Virus record (IMG/VR): IMGVR_UViG_3300037486_000465
Coordinates: 1 to 61,643 of that record
Source of the DNA: a virus
Taxonomy: Duplodnaviria; Caudoviricetes
Length of the DNA: 61,643 nucleotides
Strand: one strand, 5' to 3'
How positions within the stretch are numbered: the first letter of the stretch is position 1; every line of letters starts with the position of its first letter. This document shows, one piece after another, positions 30,116 through 39,902 of this stretch. Position numbers and translations under genes: made by a program. The notes beneath the pieces were generated by a model. It saw only the letters and a list, made by a program, of their open reading frames with translations, did not search any database and was not told the DNA's origin.

Positions 30116-31357
30116 TTAAAATAATGATTTAGATTTAATAATTTTTGCTTTTTCTAATTTCATAACATCATCTATAAGATTTTGAAATATAAATTGACTA
30201 TCACAATGATTTCTCGTTATTTCAAAACTACATTCTAAATATTGTTTTTTGAGCGTTGGTTTATTATATATATCGTTTATTTTTTCTACTATTTCACCGA
30301 CATTTGCTAAATCTTTTTTTACAAATAAGCCATATGTATCTAAATCAACAAAATGCTTAGCTGTTTTTTTGCCATTTTCCCAAATATAACAATTTTGTGC
30401 CCAATGATAATCAAACATTGGAACTACCCCTACACCAATTATTTCACATTGAGCATATTCGAAATTGTCTCCATAAGCATCCGCAGAAAGATGATAAAAA
30501 TCTGCACCTACTAAAGATGTGCTTAAGGTTTCCATTCCATCAACATAATCATAAGGTCCAAAGACATAAATATGTTCATAACTTCTATCTGCATTTAGAG
30601 CTGACATTCCAGTTGAAAAGAAATTTTTATCTACCTGAATAATATCATGCTTGGGTATTCTTTTTTTAATATCATCATAAAAGATGTTAAGGGCACCAAG
30701 TGATCTCTCGACACCTTTCATTTCAAGTAATATGTTATTTTGTTTAGCATATGGAAGGAATCCAAACAGTCTATCAGGTTGCTTGAATGTGGCATATCTA
30801 CCAAGGTAGGTAATCTTTTTTACATGATCAGTCTTTCTATATTTTTCTAATTGAGAAAAGTTAAAGCCTACTTGTAATTGTATAAATTTTGATTTAATAT
30901 CGGTTCCAAAAATTTCTACAAGTTTATTATAGAATGGCGATGTAATGCTATGAGAAACTATACCATCACATAAATTACAAAGTTCAAAGAAATTTGCGTT
31001 TCTATGTATTGATGCTATTTTGTGATCATTTTGAAATATAATTTTTTTAGTTTTAATATTTTTCACCATATTAAGAAAGCCATCAATTGCCCATTGAGAA
31101 TGCTTAATACTTGGGACACTATTTATAAAAACATAGTCAAATTCATTTAACACAGTTCCAAATGTACTTATGTTATCTTTTGTTATAACGCTAAATTTGG
31201 GCAAATTTTGCATATTTCTTCTACCCCATTTTTTATCGTCTAGATCATAAACAGTATATTCAATTCCTTTACTTGTAAAAAACTCTGAAAGCTCGATAAT
31301 ATATCTAGTTACACCGGCACCTTCAAAAGATCTTCCTACTACAATTGCTATTTTCAT
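30116..31357 (-). CDS. agt: DNA alpha-glucosyltransferase (T4 AGT-like)
   Basis: GR.FEGAGVT, DKKW.R, INSVP, Q.DH...S..RN, SHS, GR....K, G.ERS and EY..E..G.VP.F are collinear with T4 alpha-gt as recalled. Confidence 0.85.
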   Translation of the reverse strand: MKIAIVVGRSFEGAGVTRYIIELSEFFTSKGIEYTVYDLDDKKWGRRNMQNLPKFSVITKDNISTFGTVLNEFDYVFINSVPSIKHSQWAIDGFLNMVKNIKTKKIIFQNDHKIASIHRNANFFELCNLCDGIVSHSITSPFYNKLVEIFGTDIKSKFIQLQVGFNFSQLEKYRKTDHVKKITYLGRYATFKQPDRLFGFLPYAKQNNILLEMKGVERSLGALNIFYDDIKKRIPKHDIIQVDKNFFSTGMSALNADRSYEHIYVFGPYDYVDGMETLSTSLVGADFYHLSADAYGDNFEYAQCEIIGVGVVPMFDYHWAQNCYIWENGKKTAKHFVDLDTYGLFVKKDLANVGEIVEKINDIYNKPTLKKQYLECSFEITRNHCDSQFIFQNLIDDVMKLEKAKIIKSKSLF

Positions 31358-32127
31358 ATTTGTTGTGTTTTACGTTTCCAATATTCTTTTCTTTTATTAC
31401 TTTGTTTTAAACGTGTTTCTTCAGATATGGGTTTTCTTTTTCTTTGTGATTGTCTTCCTATCTCCCAACCCTCTGATATATAATTTTCTAATTCTTCTTG
31501 TTTAATCTGTTTACTTTTATTTACTTTTACATTTCTAACCCAAACCCTATTTGTTTTATTTTTCTTATATTCTTCTATTTTTTTATCAGCTATTTCTTTT
31601 CCATATTTTATAAACCATATATCATAAAAAGATTTATTTGCCATAGGATTATTTTCTCCTGCGGATTTTTCACCAAGTTTTCGCTTCATTTCATCTGCTT
31701 TTTCTTTTCCATATCTTTCTTCGTAGTTTCCTAAATTTGATATTCTATTTTTTTCTATAGATTTTTTAGAGTGCTTCTTGCCGTACATTGTATTTTTTTC
31801 ACCTCTATGATCTACTGGAATACTTCTAAATAATTCTATGGCGTATTCATAATCTCTTGAACTTATTTCATATTTTCTTTTATTCATAAATGCCATAAAA
31901 TGAAACGCATGATATATTTTATAATTTCCCTGATAAATATATGTTAGTAATTTATGACAAACAAAGTGTTCTCTTGCAGTTAATAAAACTTTATTTTTAA
32001 TACTATCATCGCCTCCTATACATCGAGGAATTATATGATGATCTTCATAATAATTTTCATTGTTTCTAATTCTATTTTGTTTTCTGGCGTTTTCGATTAT
32101 AGAATTATAAACTTGTTGGTGATTCAT
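31354..32127 (-). mobile_element. Free-standing HNH homing endonuclease (Mob-like, NUMOD repeats)
   Basis: EDHHIIPRC.GG.D...N.V.LTAREH...H.LL; G.KN.MYGKKHS, GENNPM, SEETR.K.S; likely start at 32127. Confidence 0.88.
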
Positions 32128-32149
32128 CTTTTTAATAAATTTATTATTT

Positions 32150-32335
32150 TTAATCTTTACTATCAATTAAGTATTCTGCTAAATATATAAGTCCAAGCGT
32201 TACTCCGGCTGCTCCTATTATTAATAAAACTGTTGTTATATCAATAAGAAAAGATAAGGCAGTAAATAAAGCACCTATTATTAATATAAGTATAAACCAT
32301 CCGATAATTTTTTTGATTTTAGTTTTAGTTTTCAT
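32150..32335 (-). CDS. Small two-helix membrane protein
   Basis: Basic N-terminus followed by two hydrophobic segments. Confidence 0.65.
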   Translation of the reverse strand: MKTKTKIKKIIGWFILILIIGALFTALSFLIDITTVLLIIGAAGVTLGLIYLAEYLIDSKD

Positions 32336-32738
32336 TTTTATCTTTTGTTAATAATTCTGGATTTTCATAAATATTTCCGATAACTTCAGGTAATATATTT
32401 TCATTATACGTCCATTTTTCTATATTTACACCATGTGGTCCAAATGTAACAGGATATATTCTTAAATATTCTCCGGCGGGCCCAAAATCTACCATTGCTG
32501 CGACTATATCTTTTTCATAAATTTCTTTATCATTTTTATCATGTAATCCAGTATATTGCATTATATCATAATGCTCTATGTTTTCATCCATTTCTGCTGG
32601 CCACACGTCCCATTTTTCTTCCCATTCTTTTCTGGTAAAGCATAAACTATTGTATTCACCACATAGCCATAAATGATCTAAAAATGTCATTTGCTTTCGT
32701 ATTTTATCCCAAACTCTAAATTTAATCTCTCGATTCAT
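32325..32738 (-). CDS. YopX-family protein
   Basis: REIKFRVWD, MQYTGL.DKN.KEIYE.DI, EVIGNIYENPELL. Confidence 0.92.
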   Translation of the reverse strand: MNREIKFRVWDKIRKQMTFLDHLWLCGEYNSLCFTRKEWEEKWDVWPAEMDENIEHYDIMQYTGLHDKNDKEIYEKDIVAAMVDFGPAGEYLRIYPVTFGPHGVNIEKWTYNENILPEVIGNIYENPELLTKDKNEN

Positions 32739-33132
32739 TTTTGTATTTTTCTCTTAATTCTATTTCAATTTCTGCTGCTCTCTTTAATATTTCTTCCTTC
32801 TTTTCAGGGTATTCTTTTAATTCATAAGAATTACCCAATATTTCACTTTCTTCTGGAAAAGAAGGGTCTATATCATTACAAAAGGGGTGAAATCCTGCAT
32901 CAAAAAATATCACAGTTTCTATACCACGTCTTCCAAATATTATATCGCTTTCGTATATCTCTTTTCCTTTTTTATCTTTTAATCCTGTATATTGAAGCAA
33001 TTCATAGTTATCATTGCCCTCGCCATTTTGCAAATTATATACGTTTCCATTTATATCTATAGATATGTGTGGAGAGTATATAACGAAGCGTTTAAACTCT
33101 TTATCCCAAACTTTAAATTTAATCTCTCTCAT
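32722..33132 (-). CDS. YopX-family protein (second copy)
   Basis: REIKFKVWD, LQYTGLKDKKGKEIYESDI, EILGN.YE. Confidence 0.9.
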   Translation of the reverse strand: MREIKFKVWDKEFKRFVIYSPHISIDINGNVYNLQNGEGNDNYELLQYTGLKDKKGKEIYESDIIFGRRGIETVIFFDAGFHPFCNDIDPSFPEESEILGNSYELKEYPEKKEEILKRAAEIEIELREKYKNESRD

Positions 33133-33133
33133 A

Positions 33134-33436
33134 TTATATTCTTTTAAAGTATCTTTTGTATTTTATTTTTTCGCATTTTGAACATTTCCATTCACTTTTT
33201 GGTGTTTTGCTTTCATAAACATTCCTTATAAATACTAATTCGTGTTTGTCGCACTTAACTTCTTCACCATAATCTATTAAATCACACCAATTAGGAATTT
33301 CATGAACTTTTGTTTCGGACTCAATAGGAACGGGTTTCATAAATGCCTTTCTGCACGATTCTTTACAATTTTCTGCCCAAGAAGGAATAAAAAAAGGACA
33401 TTCATCGCAATTTTTAATTACTATATGTTTATTCAT
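33134..33436 (-). CDS. Cys-rich hypothetical protein
   Basis: CDECPF, IPNWC.L, CSKC. Confidence 0.65.
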   Translation of the reverse strand: MNKHIVIKNCDECPFFIPSWAENCKESCRKAFMKPVPIESETKVHEIPNWCDLIDYGEEVKCDKHELVFIRNVYESKTPKSEWKCSKCEKIKYKRYFKRI

Positions 33437-34242
33437 TATAATAATGGTTTTGATTTAATAGTTTTTTCGTAACTGTACTCTGATTTTATATCTTTGATAT
33501 TAGTTTTTGTTTTACGATCATATCCACACATATTATCAAAATTACTATCAGGAGAATATAATGTCTTAGTATAATTTAAAGATTTGCTTTTTCCGTCTAT
33601 ATCTGAAGTTCCTCCTATTTGATATACACAAAATGGAAAAAGCCCATATCCTTTATATTTTCCTTCAACTATGCCTTCTGGTAATAATCCATCACATGTA
33701 TCATCAAAATCCATTAATTTATCTAAAACTGGTTTATACCCTGCTTTAGTTATTATATATGAATGCATGCCATAAAAACCCATTTTAGAAACATCCCATA
33801 TATGTTCAGATATTTGATATTTTTTATTTAATTTTTGTTCATATGCTATTGCACCTAAATAAATAACCTGCGCATCTTCTGGAACTTCATCTAAAAGTTT
33901 CAATCTATCTGCAAAATCTGGAGATAATATAACATCATCTTCTAATATTAAAATGCCATTTAAATTCATCATCTGAGCATATTTAATAGCAGCCGAATGA
34001 GATATGGCACAACACAATGCACCTACGCTAAAACGAGCTCTTGCATCTTTTCCAAATGAAAAAGCTTTCATTGGTCTTCTGGTTAATGATTTAAGTGCTG
34101 GGTTGTTTATCAATTTGCCGTCAAAGGCAGGAAAAAAATGATATTTAATATTATGTTTTTGTAATTGTTCTTCAACCATAGATTTTCGTTGTGTACTTCT
34201 TTCCAAATTAATCACAACTATCTCATCGAAAAATCTGTTCAT
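33436..34242 (-). CDS. Glycosyltransferase family 25 with C-terminal tail
   Basis: VINLERS..R, FPAFDG, CCAISH, ILEDD, YLG, HSY; ends EKTIKSKPLL. Confidence 0.88.
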   Translation of the reverse strand: MNRFFDEIVVINLERSTQRKSMVEEQLQKHNIKYHFFPAFDGKLINNPALKSLTRRPMKAFSFGKDARARFSVGALCCAISHSAAIKYAQMMNLNGILILEDDVILSPDFADRLKLLDEVPEDAQVIYLGAIAYEQKLNKKYQISEHIWDVSKMGFYGMHSYIITKAGYKPVLDKLMDFDDTCDGLLPEGIVEGKYKGYGLFPFCVYQIGGTSDIDGKSKSLNYTKTLYSPDSNFDNMCGYDRKTKTNIKDIKSEYSYEKTIKSKPLL

Positions 34243-34267
34243 GTGTAAATATATTTAATATTTTTAT

Positions 34268-34296
34268 ATTATACGCATAAGTATGGTTAAAGTTTT
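34268..34296 (-). promoter_or_regulatory. Phage promoter AAACT-N17-TATAA heading the island
   Basis: Minus strand AAAACT-ttaaccatacttatgcg-TATAAT, 26 nt before the ATG at 34242. Confidence 0.7.
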
Positions 34297-34300
34297 GTTA

Positions 34301-34330
34301 AAAACAAAAGGGAATCGAAATTCCCTTTTT
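34301..34330 (-). terminator. Rho-independent terminator
   Basis: Minus strand AAAAGGGAAT-TTCG-ATTCCCTTTTGTTTT right after the stop at 34336. Confidence 0.88.
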
Positions 34331-34335
34331 ATAAT

Positions 34336-35226
34336 TTAGTTATCACCTAAGAATTTTTTAACCTTATTTGCTTTTTCAGTTTCTTTCTTAGCTTTTTCAG
34401 CCTTTTCGGCTTCAATTTTTTCTTGTTCTTTTTTCTGCTTATATTGTGCTATTACTTCTTTCATTGATCCTTTAAACGTATCATTATAAAAAGAATTAAA
34501 ACCCTTTACAACATTATTAGATCCGCATCTAAAAATTTCTTCTCTTCCATCACCAGCTAAATCATAAACTACTAGATAAGTCTGTGGAGATGTAAGATCT
34601 GCAGTAGGCTGTACTGGTTCTTCTAATGGTGTTTCAGTGGGAGCTTCCATAGAATCTTCTGCTGGAGGAGTAGATAAATCTTGCGCCGGAGCGTTTTCGG
34701 CAGGTGTATCTGTAGGTTCTTTAGTAAGAAGATCTTCTTTTTCATCGCCTAAATTACCAAGATCTAAAGCAGGATCTTCAGTTTCTTTAGCTTCAGTAAC
34801 AGGAGTAGTAGGCAAAGCTGTTTGTTCAACTTTAGGAGTAATTTCCTTTCCTTCTATAATTTCTTCTTCTGGTTCTTCTGACGCGCCCGTTCCTCCTTCT
34901 ATACTACCATCTGATAGTGTTTGCGGCGGTAATTCCATAACACCCACAACATAATCACTATTAAATAATTTATATATGTTTCCACCCTGTGTAAAGCTTT
35001 GTTTAGTTTGTTGGTTTTCATCCCAAAATTCCTTAAATTTAAGAATTTCGCCGCCAGCAGCCTTTTTAAATTGATCAAAGTTCTTAGTAATCTTATCTAT
35101 AATAGCTAAGCCATCTTTTTCCTTTGATTGTAATGTCTCTTTATCCATTCCAGCCTTTTCTTCTTCAAATAAGCTAAAAAATTTGTAATCTTCAAATTCT
35201 TGCAGAGATTCACGTACGTGTTTCAT
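34336..35226 (-). CDS. Acidic hypothetical protein, probable virion/internal head protein
   Basis: N-terminal VRESLQEF; Pro/Glu/Thr-rich linker; late-type motif upstream. Confidence 0.7.
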   Translation of the reverse strand: MKHVRESLQEFEDYKFFSLFEEEKAGMDKETLQSKEKDGLAIIDKITKNFDQFKKAAGGEILKFKEFWDENQQTKQSFTQGGNIYKLFNSDYVVGVMELPPQTLSDGSIEGGTGASEEPEEEIIEGKEITPKVEQTALPTTPVTEAKETEDPALDLGNLGDEKEDLLTKEPTDTPAENAPAQDLSTPPAEDSMEAPTETPLEEPVQPTADLTSPQTYLVVYDLAGDGREEIFRCGSNNVVKGFNSFYNDTFKGSMKEVIAQYKQKKEQEKIEAEKAEKAKKETEKANKVKKFLGDN

Positions 35227-35233
35227 AATTCAC

Positions 35234-35255
35234 TATTTTATTTTATATATTCAAA
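35234..35255 (-). promoter_or_regulatory. Putative late promoter motif
   Basis: TTTGAATATATAAAATAAAATA, identical over 22 nt to 54260-54281. Confidence 0.7.
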
Positions 35256-35280
35256 CTTTTTCTATCAGAATATATATAAA
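35253..35280 (+). promoter_or_regulatory. Phage promoter AAACT-N17-TATAA
   Basis: AAACT-ttttctatcagaatata-TATAAA before the ATG at 35299; overlaps a GAATATATA motif. Confidence 0.6.
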
Positions 35281-35298
35281 AAAATAAACATCAATACT

Positions 35299-36072
35299 AT
35301 GAAATATAGCGAGTTTTTACAATTAGATCAATTATTAGAATCTAAAGGAACAACTTTAGTAAAGGAACTAAAGGAGCTAAATGAAGCTACTCCTCAATTA
35401 CCAACCGCACCACAAAAACTTGATACTGAAAGAGGAGGAATTTTTACAAATTGGGGCAGATTGAAAACAAAATTGAATAACATAGCTAAAAATACACAAA
35501 AGCAATTACTTGTAAAAGTTTTAAATAAATATTTGCCAAATATTCTTCAAACAGAAAAACAAATGGTAGAAAAAATGCAAAAACCTAATAATACTGTACA
35601 ATTACAAAAAGTAGCTAACGATAATTATGCTGCGATTAAAAGTAATCAAAATAAACAAATAAACACTATCATTACAGTAATGGATCAATTTATTGATAAT
35701 ATAACACAAGAAATGTATAAAAAAATAAATGCGAGTAATGTAACTAATGAAAATAAACTTAAGTTAAAAAATTATTGGCTATTATTAACTACACAAATTT
35801 CTATGAATGCATTATCTTATATAATTAACGAACGCGGAAAAATAATAGATTCTATTTTTGGAAATGATAAAAAGGCAAGCGAACCGGTAAAAAAGGCAGC
35901 CAATCAAGATCTTATTCAAGCAAGAGATAAACAGGGGAAATTTGTAAGTGCAAAAAAACAGGAATTTACAACTAGCCAAAAAAATCCAAGTGAGCCTAAA
36001 CCTACAGTACCTGCTCCTGCGCCAGCTACTACTCCAGCACCCGCTATTACTCCAGCACCGGCTACAAAATAA
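35299..36072 (+). CDS. Hypothetical helical protein with Pro/Ala/Thr tail
   Basis: True start at 35299 (MKYSEF); C-terminal PAPAPATTPAPAITPAPATK. Confidence 0.75.
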   Translation: MKYSEFLQLDQLLESKGTTLVKELKELNEATPQLPTAPQKLDTERGGIFTNWGRLKTKLNNIAKNTQKQLLVKVLNKYLPNILQTEKQMVEKMQKPNNTVQLQKVANDNYAAIKSNQNKQINTIITVMDQFIDNITQEMYKKINASNVTNENKLKLKNYWLLLTTQISMNALSYIINERGKIIDSIFGNDKKASEPVKKAANQDLIQARDKQGKFVSAKKQEFTTSQKNPSEPKPTVPAPAPATTPAPAITPAPATK

Positions 36073-36084
36073 TATAATTATAAT

Positions 36085-37044
36085 ATGTCAGAAAAAAAAT
36101 TAGTTTGTGAATCATTAGAAGAGTTTAATTTTCTTGTAGAGGCCAAAGAAGGAGAACATGGAATTGGTAGTGGCGTATGGAAAGCCGTTAAAACTGCTCC
36201 AGGTCGTATATTGAGAAAATCAAGAGCAAGAAACATTATACAAAAATATCAAAAGAAATTAACTCAAAGGATTAATGCCATTGTTCCTAAATATGAACCA
36301 AATATTGCAAAATTAGTTGAAAAAATCAAAAATAGAATAGCTCAAATTAATCCTACAGCATCAGAAGAAATTCAGAAAAATCAAAAAGAAGATATTCTTG
36401 ATGACATGAAAGATAATATGAAAAGCTTGCTAGATTCAATGAAAACTGCGATGGAAGAACAATTAAAAATTTACGCAGAAAGTTTGCATGATAGGTTAAC
36501 TAGAACAGGAACGATAACAGGTGTGGACTTCTTCCCCGAAGAAAAAACCGCTCTTTTATCAGAATGGAAAGTTGTAGAAGAAAATATAAATAAATTAATT
36601 CAAGAAAAACTTATTAATTTATTAGACAACGTTAATATTAAAGACTTTCAAGAAATGAAAGCTGAATTAGAAGAGTATATAAATAATGCAAAGGGTTGGT
36701 TTTCGCCTACATTATTAACAACAGGAACAGTAGATGATTTAGATCCTAAATCAGATGAATACAAATTATGGGATTATATTTTTAATAAAGCAGGATATAC
36801 TTTTAATCAGCCTTATTTAATAAATGATACTAGTAGATTTCCTATAAGAACTTTTTCTCGACATATTGAATTTAAAATAGATGCCAATAAAGCAAAAGTA
36901 GGATATTTATTCGTACAAAAAGATAGAAAACGAGGTTGGATACCAGTTTTAGATCACCCTGATATAATTCATTTAATTAAGCCCAAAGAAACTTTTGCAG
37001 AAGGTTTAGAGGTAGTAAAAGCTATAGATAGTGCATTAAAATAA
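36085..37044 (+). CDS. Hypothetical protein, probable internal head protein
   Basis: N-terminal KKLVCESLEEF..LVE; coiled-coil-like. Confidence 0.7.
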   Translation: MSEKKLVCESLEEFNFLVEAKEGEHGIGSGVWKAVKTAPGRILRKSRARNIIQKYQKKLTQRINAIVPKYEPNIAKLVEKIKNRIAQINPTASEEIQKNQKEDILDDMKDNMKSLLDSMKTAMEEQLKIYAESLHDRLTRTGTITGVDFFPEEKTALLSEWKVVEENINKLIQEKLINLLDNVNIKDFQEMKAELEEYINNAKGWFSPTLLTTGTVDDLDPKSDEYKLWDYIFNKAGYTFNQPYLINDTSRFPIRTFSRHIEFKIDANKAKVGYLFVQKDRKRGWIPVLDHPDIIHLIKPKETFAEGLEVVKAIDSALK

Positions 37045-37053
37045 TATTTAATT

Positions 37054-37920
37054 ATGTTAGGAAGAGAAGCATACGAAGAATTTAAAAAATTAGAAAAACA
37101 GGTAAATGAAGTAAGAGCAATCTATAATCATTTAAAATCTGATATAGCTTCTATGTCTGATGGCCAAATTAAATCCCAAGTAACAAAAATATTAAACAGA
37201 ATAACAAAAATAGATTTTGATTTAATAAATGATTATTTAGAAGCTTTAAAATCTTATCTTATATATGATGACTTGAAACTAAAGGCCGAGGAAATTCTAA
37301 AAGATATAGATGAAATTAAAGAATACGTTTATTCACTTAAAAAAGAAGAAATTAAACCAGAGCCAAAGCCTGAGCCCAAACCCGAAGAAGATACAACTGT
37401 TCCGCATGCTAATAAATTAGATATAATTAGAGATAAATATACATTTCTTCAAAAAGAAATAGATGCATCAGATACTGATGCAGTCATTAAAGATGCTAAA
37501 AGGCTTGATACATTATTATCAAATTTAAATTTTGAAGATCTTCCTGAAGGAGATTATGAAGAAATGTTTAAAATTAAAAATGAAGTTTCGAGAATTATAA
37601 AAAATCTCGTAGGTGTTGAAAAATCAGAAAAATATGGTCCTTATATTATGGCACCTTTAATTGAATTAATTGCCAATATTTATACTTTAGGAAATAAAGC
37701 CAAAGCAGAACAAAAGGCTGCTACACTTTTGAACTTCATAGAAGATCCAGAAAGAATAGAAATGTTTGAGCCCGCAATTAAAAGAATTATTGCAAAAAAA
37801 ATGACACCTAAAGAATTTAGAACTTTTTATGAATCTACAAAGGCAATGATACGCGGAGAAAAGAAATTTGAATCTTTTGGAAAATATAAGGAACGAAATG
37901 AATTATTTTATCTCATATAA
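37054..37920 (+). CDS. Hypothetical coiled-coil protein
   Basis: Long ORF with KPEPKPEPKPE linker. Confidence 0.7.
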   Translation: MLGREAYEEFKKLEKQVNEVRAIYNHLKSDIASMSDGQIKSQVTKILNRITKIDFDLINDYLEALKSYLIYDDLKLKAEEILKDIDEIKEYVYSLKKEEIKPEPKPEPKPEEDTTVPHANKLDIIRDKYTFLQKEIDASDTDAVIKDAKRLDTLLSNLNFEDLPEGDYEEMFKIKNEVSRIIKNLVGVEKSEKYGPYIMAPLIELIANIYTLGNKAKAEQKAATLLNFIEDPERIEMFEPAIKRIIAKKMTPKEFRTFYESTKAMIRGEKKFESFGKYKERNELFYLI

Positions 37921-38653
37921 TCAATATAAAAAACAAATAGTTTTAAACGAAACGTATGAAAGTTATCAAGAATTAAAGATTTTGGCAGAAGAAATTTCTG
38001 CAAAAATTAATATTTTCAATAGTTCTATAAATAAATTGTATCCATTATCAAAATTAGTACAAAATTCGCGTTATACAGTAATTAAAGATTTTATAACTAA
38101 TCAAGTCTGTATAATTATTACTGATCAACTTGATACTCCAGCCGCTTATGTATCAAATGATAGATACGATCTAGCTTTCGGAAACAATTTTAGGAGTAAA
38201 CATGAAAATATTTGTAAAACTGGAGTTATTTTAATACGTCCAACTTCTAAAAATTCTTCAGCTTTAATTCATGAATTAGAGCATGCGTGGGATGATTATC
38301 GTTCAAAGGGAAAACTTTTAAATACAAAATTAGGACAAAAATACAAAGAAAAAGCAGAAAAATATATATCTCAACAAACTGGAAAATCTGCAGCGTATGA
38401 TCCAGCTTTAACAACATTATATTATCGTACGCCCCACGAAATAAGTGCATATTTTGTTGAAGTATTAGAAGAAATCAATTTCTTTAGAGATGAATCAGAA
38501 ATGTATTTAAGAGATTTTAAAGATTTATACGAAGAATTCGTAGAAAAATTTCAAGGATACGAATATTTAACGCCTAAAGATAAAAAAATACTTGCTAGAA
38601 AATTTTCTCAGTATTATTATAAATTAAAGGAAAGAAATATTTACGAAGAATAA
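37898..38653 (+). CDS. Putative zincin metallopeptidase
   Basis: LIHELEHA (HExxH) plus downstream YY..P.E..AY third ligand; ATG at 37898. Confidence 0.65.
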   Translation: MNYFISYNQYKKQIVLNETYESYQELKILAEEISAKINIFNSSINKLYPLSKLVQNSRYTVIKDFITNQVCIIITDQLDTPAAYVSNDRYDLAFGNNFRSKHENICKTGVILIRPTSKNSSALIHELEHAWDDYRSKGKLLNTKLGQKYKEKAEKYISQQTGKSAAYDPALTTLYYRTPHEISAYFVEVLEEINFFRDESEMYLRDFKDLYEEFVEKFQGYEYLTPKDKKILARKFSQYYYKLKERNIYEE

Positions 38654-38671
38654 ATATAATAAAAATATTAT

Positions 38672-39373
38672 ATGAAACACAAAATTAAACCATTTGAAGA
38701 ATTCAAAAAGATAAATGAAGAATTTTATAATCCTTTTGAAGTAGATAATCCAATAGAAACAAAGCCTTCTCATATTGCAGATAAGGGTGGAGTATTGAAA
38801 ATGCGTAAAGAAATATTTAATGTTAATCGCGTTGAATACTCTAAAAAGAAAAATGGAAGTTATTGTGTTCTTGCAAAAACTCAATTTGCTAAAGGTGAAA
38901 TAGTTGAAATAGCGCCAGTTATATTTGTAGGGTTTGAGGCTAAAGCTGTTCCAAGATTAAAAGATTATATTTTTGAAATAGATAAAAACAAACAAACTTA
39001 TGGAGTTGTTTTAGGATATGGATCTTTATATGGGCATTCACCAACACCTAATATAACATTTGCTTATAATAAATCTAATCGTCAAATGTATTTTATGGCG
39101 GCTCAAACTATAAACGCTGGCGCAGAATTGACAATTGATTACGGAAAAGATTATTGGGCAGAACGTTCCGGATTCGGAACCATGGCACCCCAAGAACAAC
39201 CCGCAGTTCAGAGTGGAGAGTCAGTAGTTAAAGGAGAAACTAGCGAAAGCGCAGTACAGCCTAATTCTGAGGATATAACTAATGCAAGCGCAGCCAAACA
39301 ATTTGGTATGCATAATGATAAAGCAAACCCGGCAGTATCTGGAATTGCTATAAAAACTATTGGACAACAATAG
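38672..39373 (+). CDS. SET-domain protein-lysine methyltransferase
   Basis: A....KGE.VE..P, GYGSLYGHS..PN (NHS variant), GAELTIDYG..YW. Confidence 0.85.
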   Translation: MKHKIKPFEEFKKINEEFYNPFEVDNPIETKPSHIADKGGVLKMRKEIFNVNRVEYSKKKNGSYCVLAKTQFAKGEIVEIAPVIFVGFEAKAVPRLKDYIFEIDKNKQTYGVVLGYGSLYGHSPTPNITFAYNKSNRQMYFMAAQTINAGAELTIDYGKDYWAERSGFGTMAPQEQPAVQSGESVVKGETSESAVQPNSEDITNASAAKQFGMHNDKANPAVSGIAIKTIGQQ

Positions 39374-39374
39374 T

Positions 39375-39902
39375 ATGAAAGCCAAAAAAGTATTTGAAAA
39401 ATTTGTAGCAGATTCTGATCCTATTAAAGATATGGGTATAGGCATATTTTATAAACAATGGAGAATTGATCATAATCATAAACCAATTATTACTTATATT
39501 TTTTATTTAATAGACCCAATGAATAATAAAAAAAGATACATATTTTTTATCTATTACGCACATGAAGTAGCATTGGCAAATGAAAGAGATTCTATATATT
39601 TTAGGGGCGAACGATTAATAGGAGGATGGGAGTATGGAAGCGGAACAGGATTTGCATTAAGCAATATGCAAAATAAACCCGACAGATTTTTTGATTCTGC
39701 AGAAGATACAAGTTGGTTACATAGTAAAGTATTCGAAAAGGATGTTATTGATAATCTTAAAGATGAAAAAAGCGCAGAAAAAATGATAAATGATATTTCA
39801 AATGAATGGTTTGAAGAACCCATTTTTTTAGAAATGATGAAAAAATGGTTTAAAACTGGCGTAATGAGAATTGATCATATAGAAATGAAGATTCATAAAT
39901 GA
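39375..39902 (+). CDS. Hypothetical protein with EKF..DSDPI.DMGIG leader
   Basis: ATG at 39375; leader shared with the next gene. Confidence 0.7.
   Translation: MKAKKVFEKFVADSDPIKDMGIGIFYKQWRIDHNHKPIITYIFYLIDPMNNKKRYIFFIYYAHEVALANERDSIYFRGERLIGGWEYGSGTGFALSNMQNKPDRFFDSAEDTSWLHSKVFEKDVIDNLKDEKSAEKMINDISNEWFEEPIFLEMMKKWFKTGVMRIDHIEMKIHK

Noticed and set aside
1108-34242. Bacterial O-antigen/capsule locus (host contamination)
   Set aside because: No wzx/wzy/wzm-wzt recognised; it contains phage genes (AGT, HNH, YopX) and shares phage promoter motifs
36001-36069. Short 18-nt repeats (actccagcacc)
   Set aside because: Explained by the low-complexity Pro/Ala/Thr protein tail
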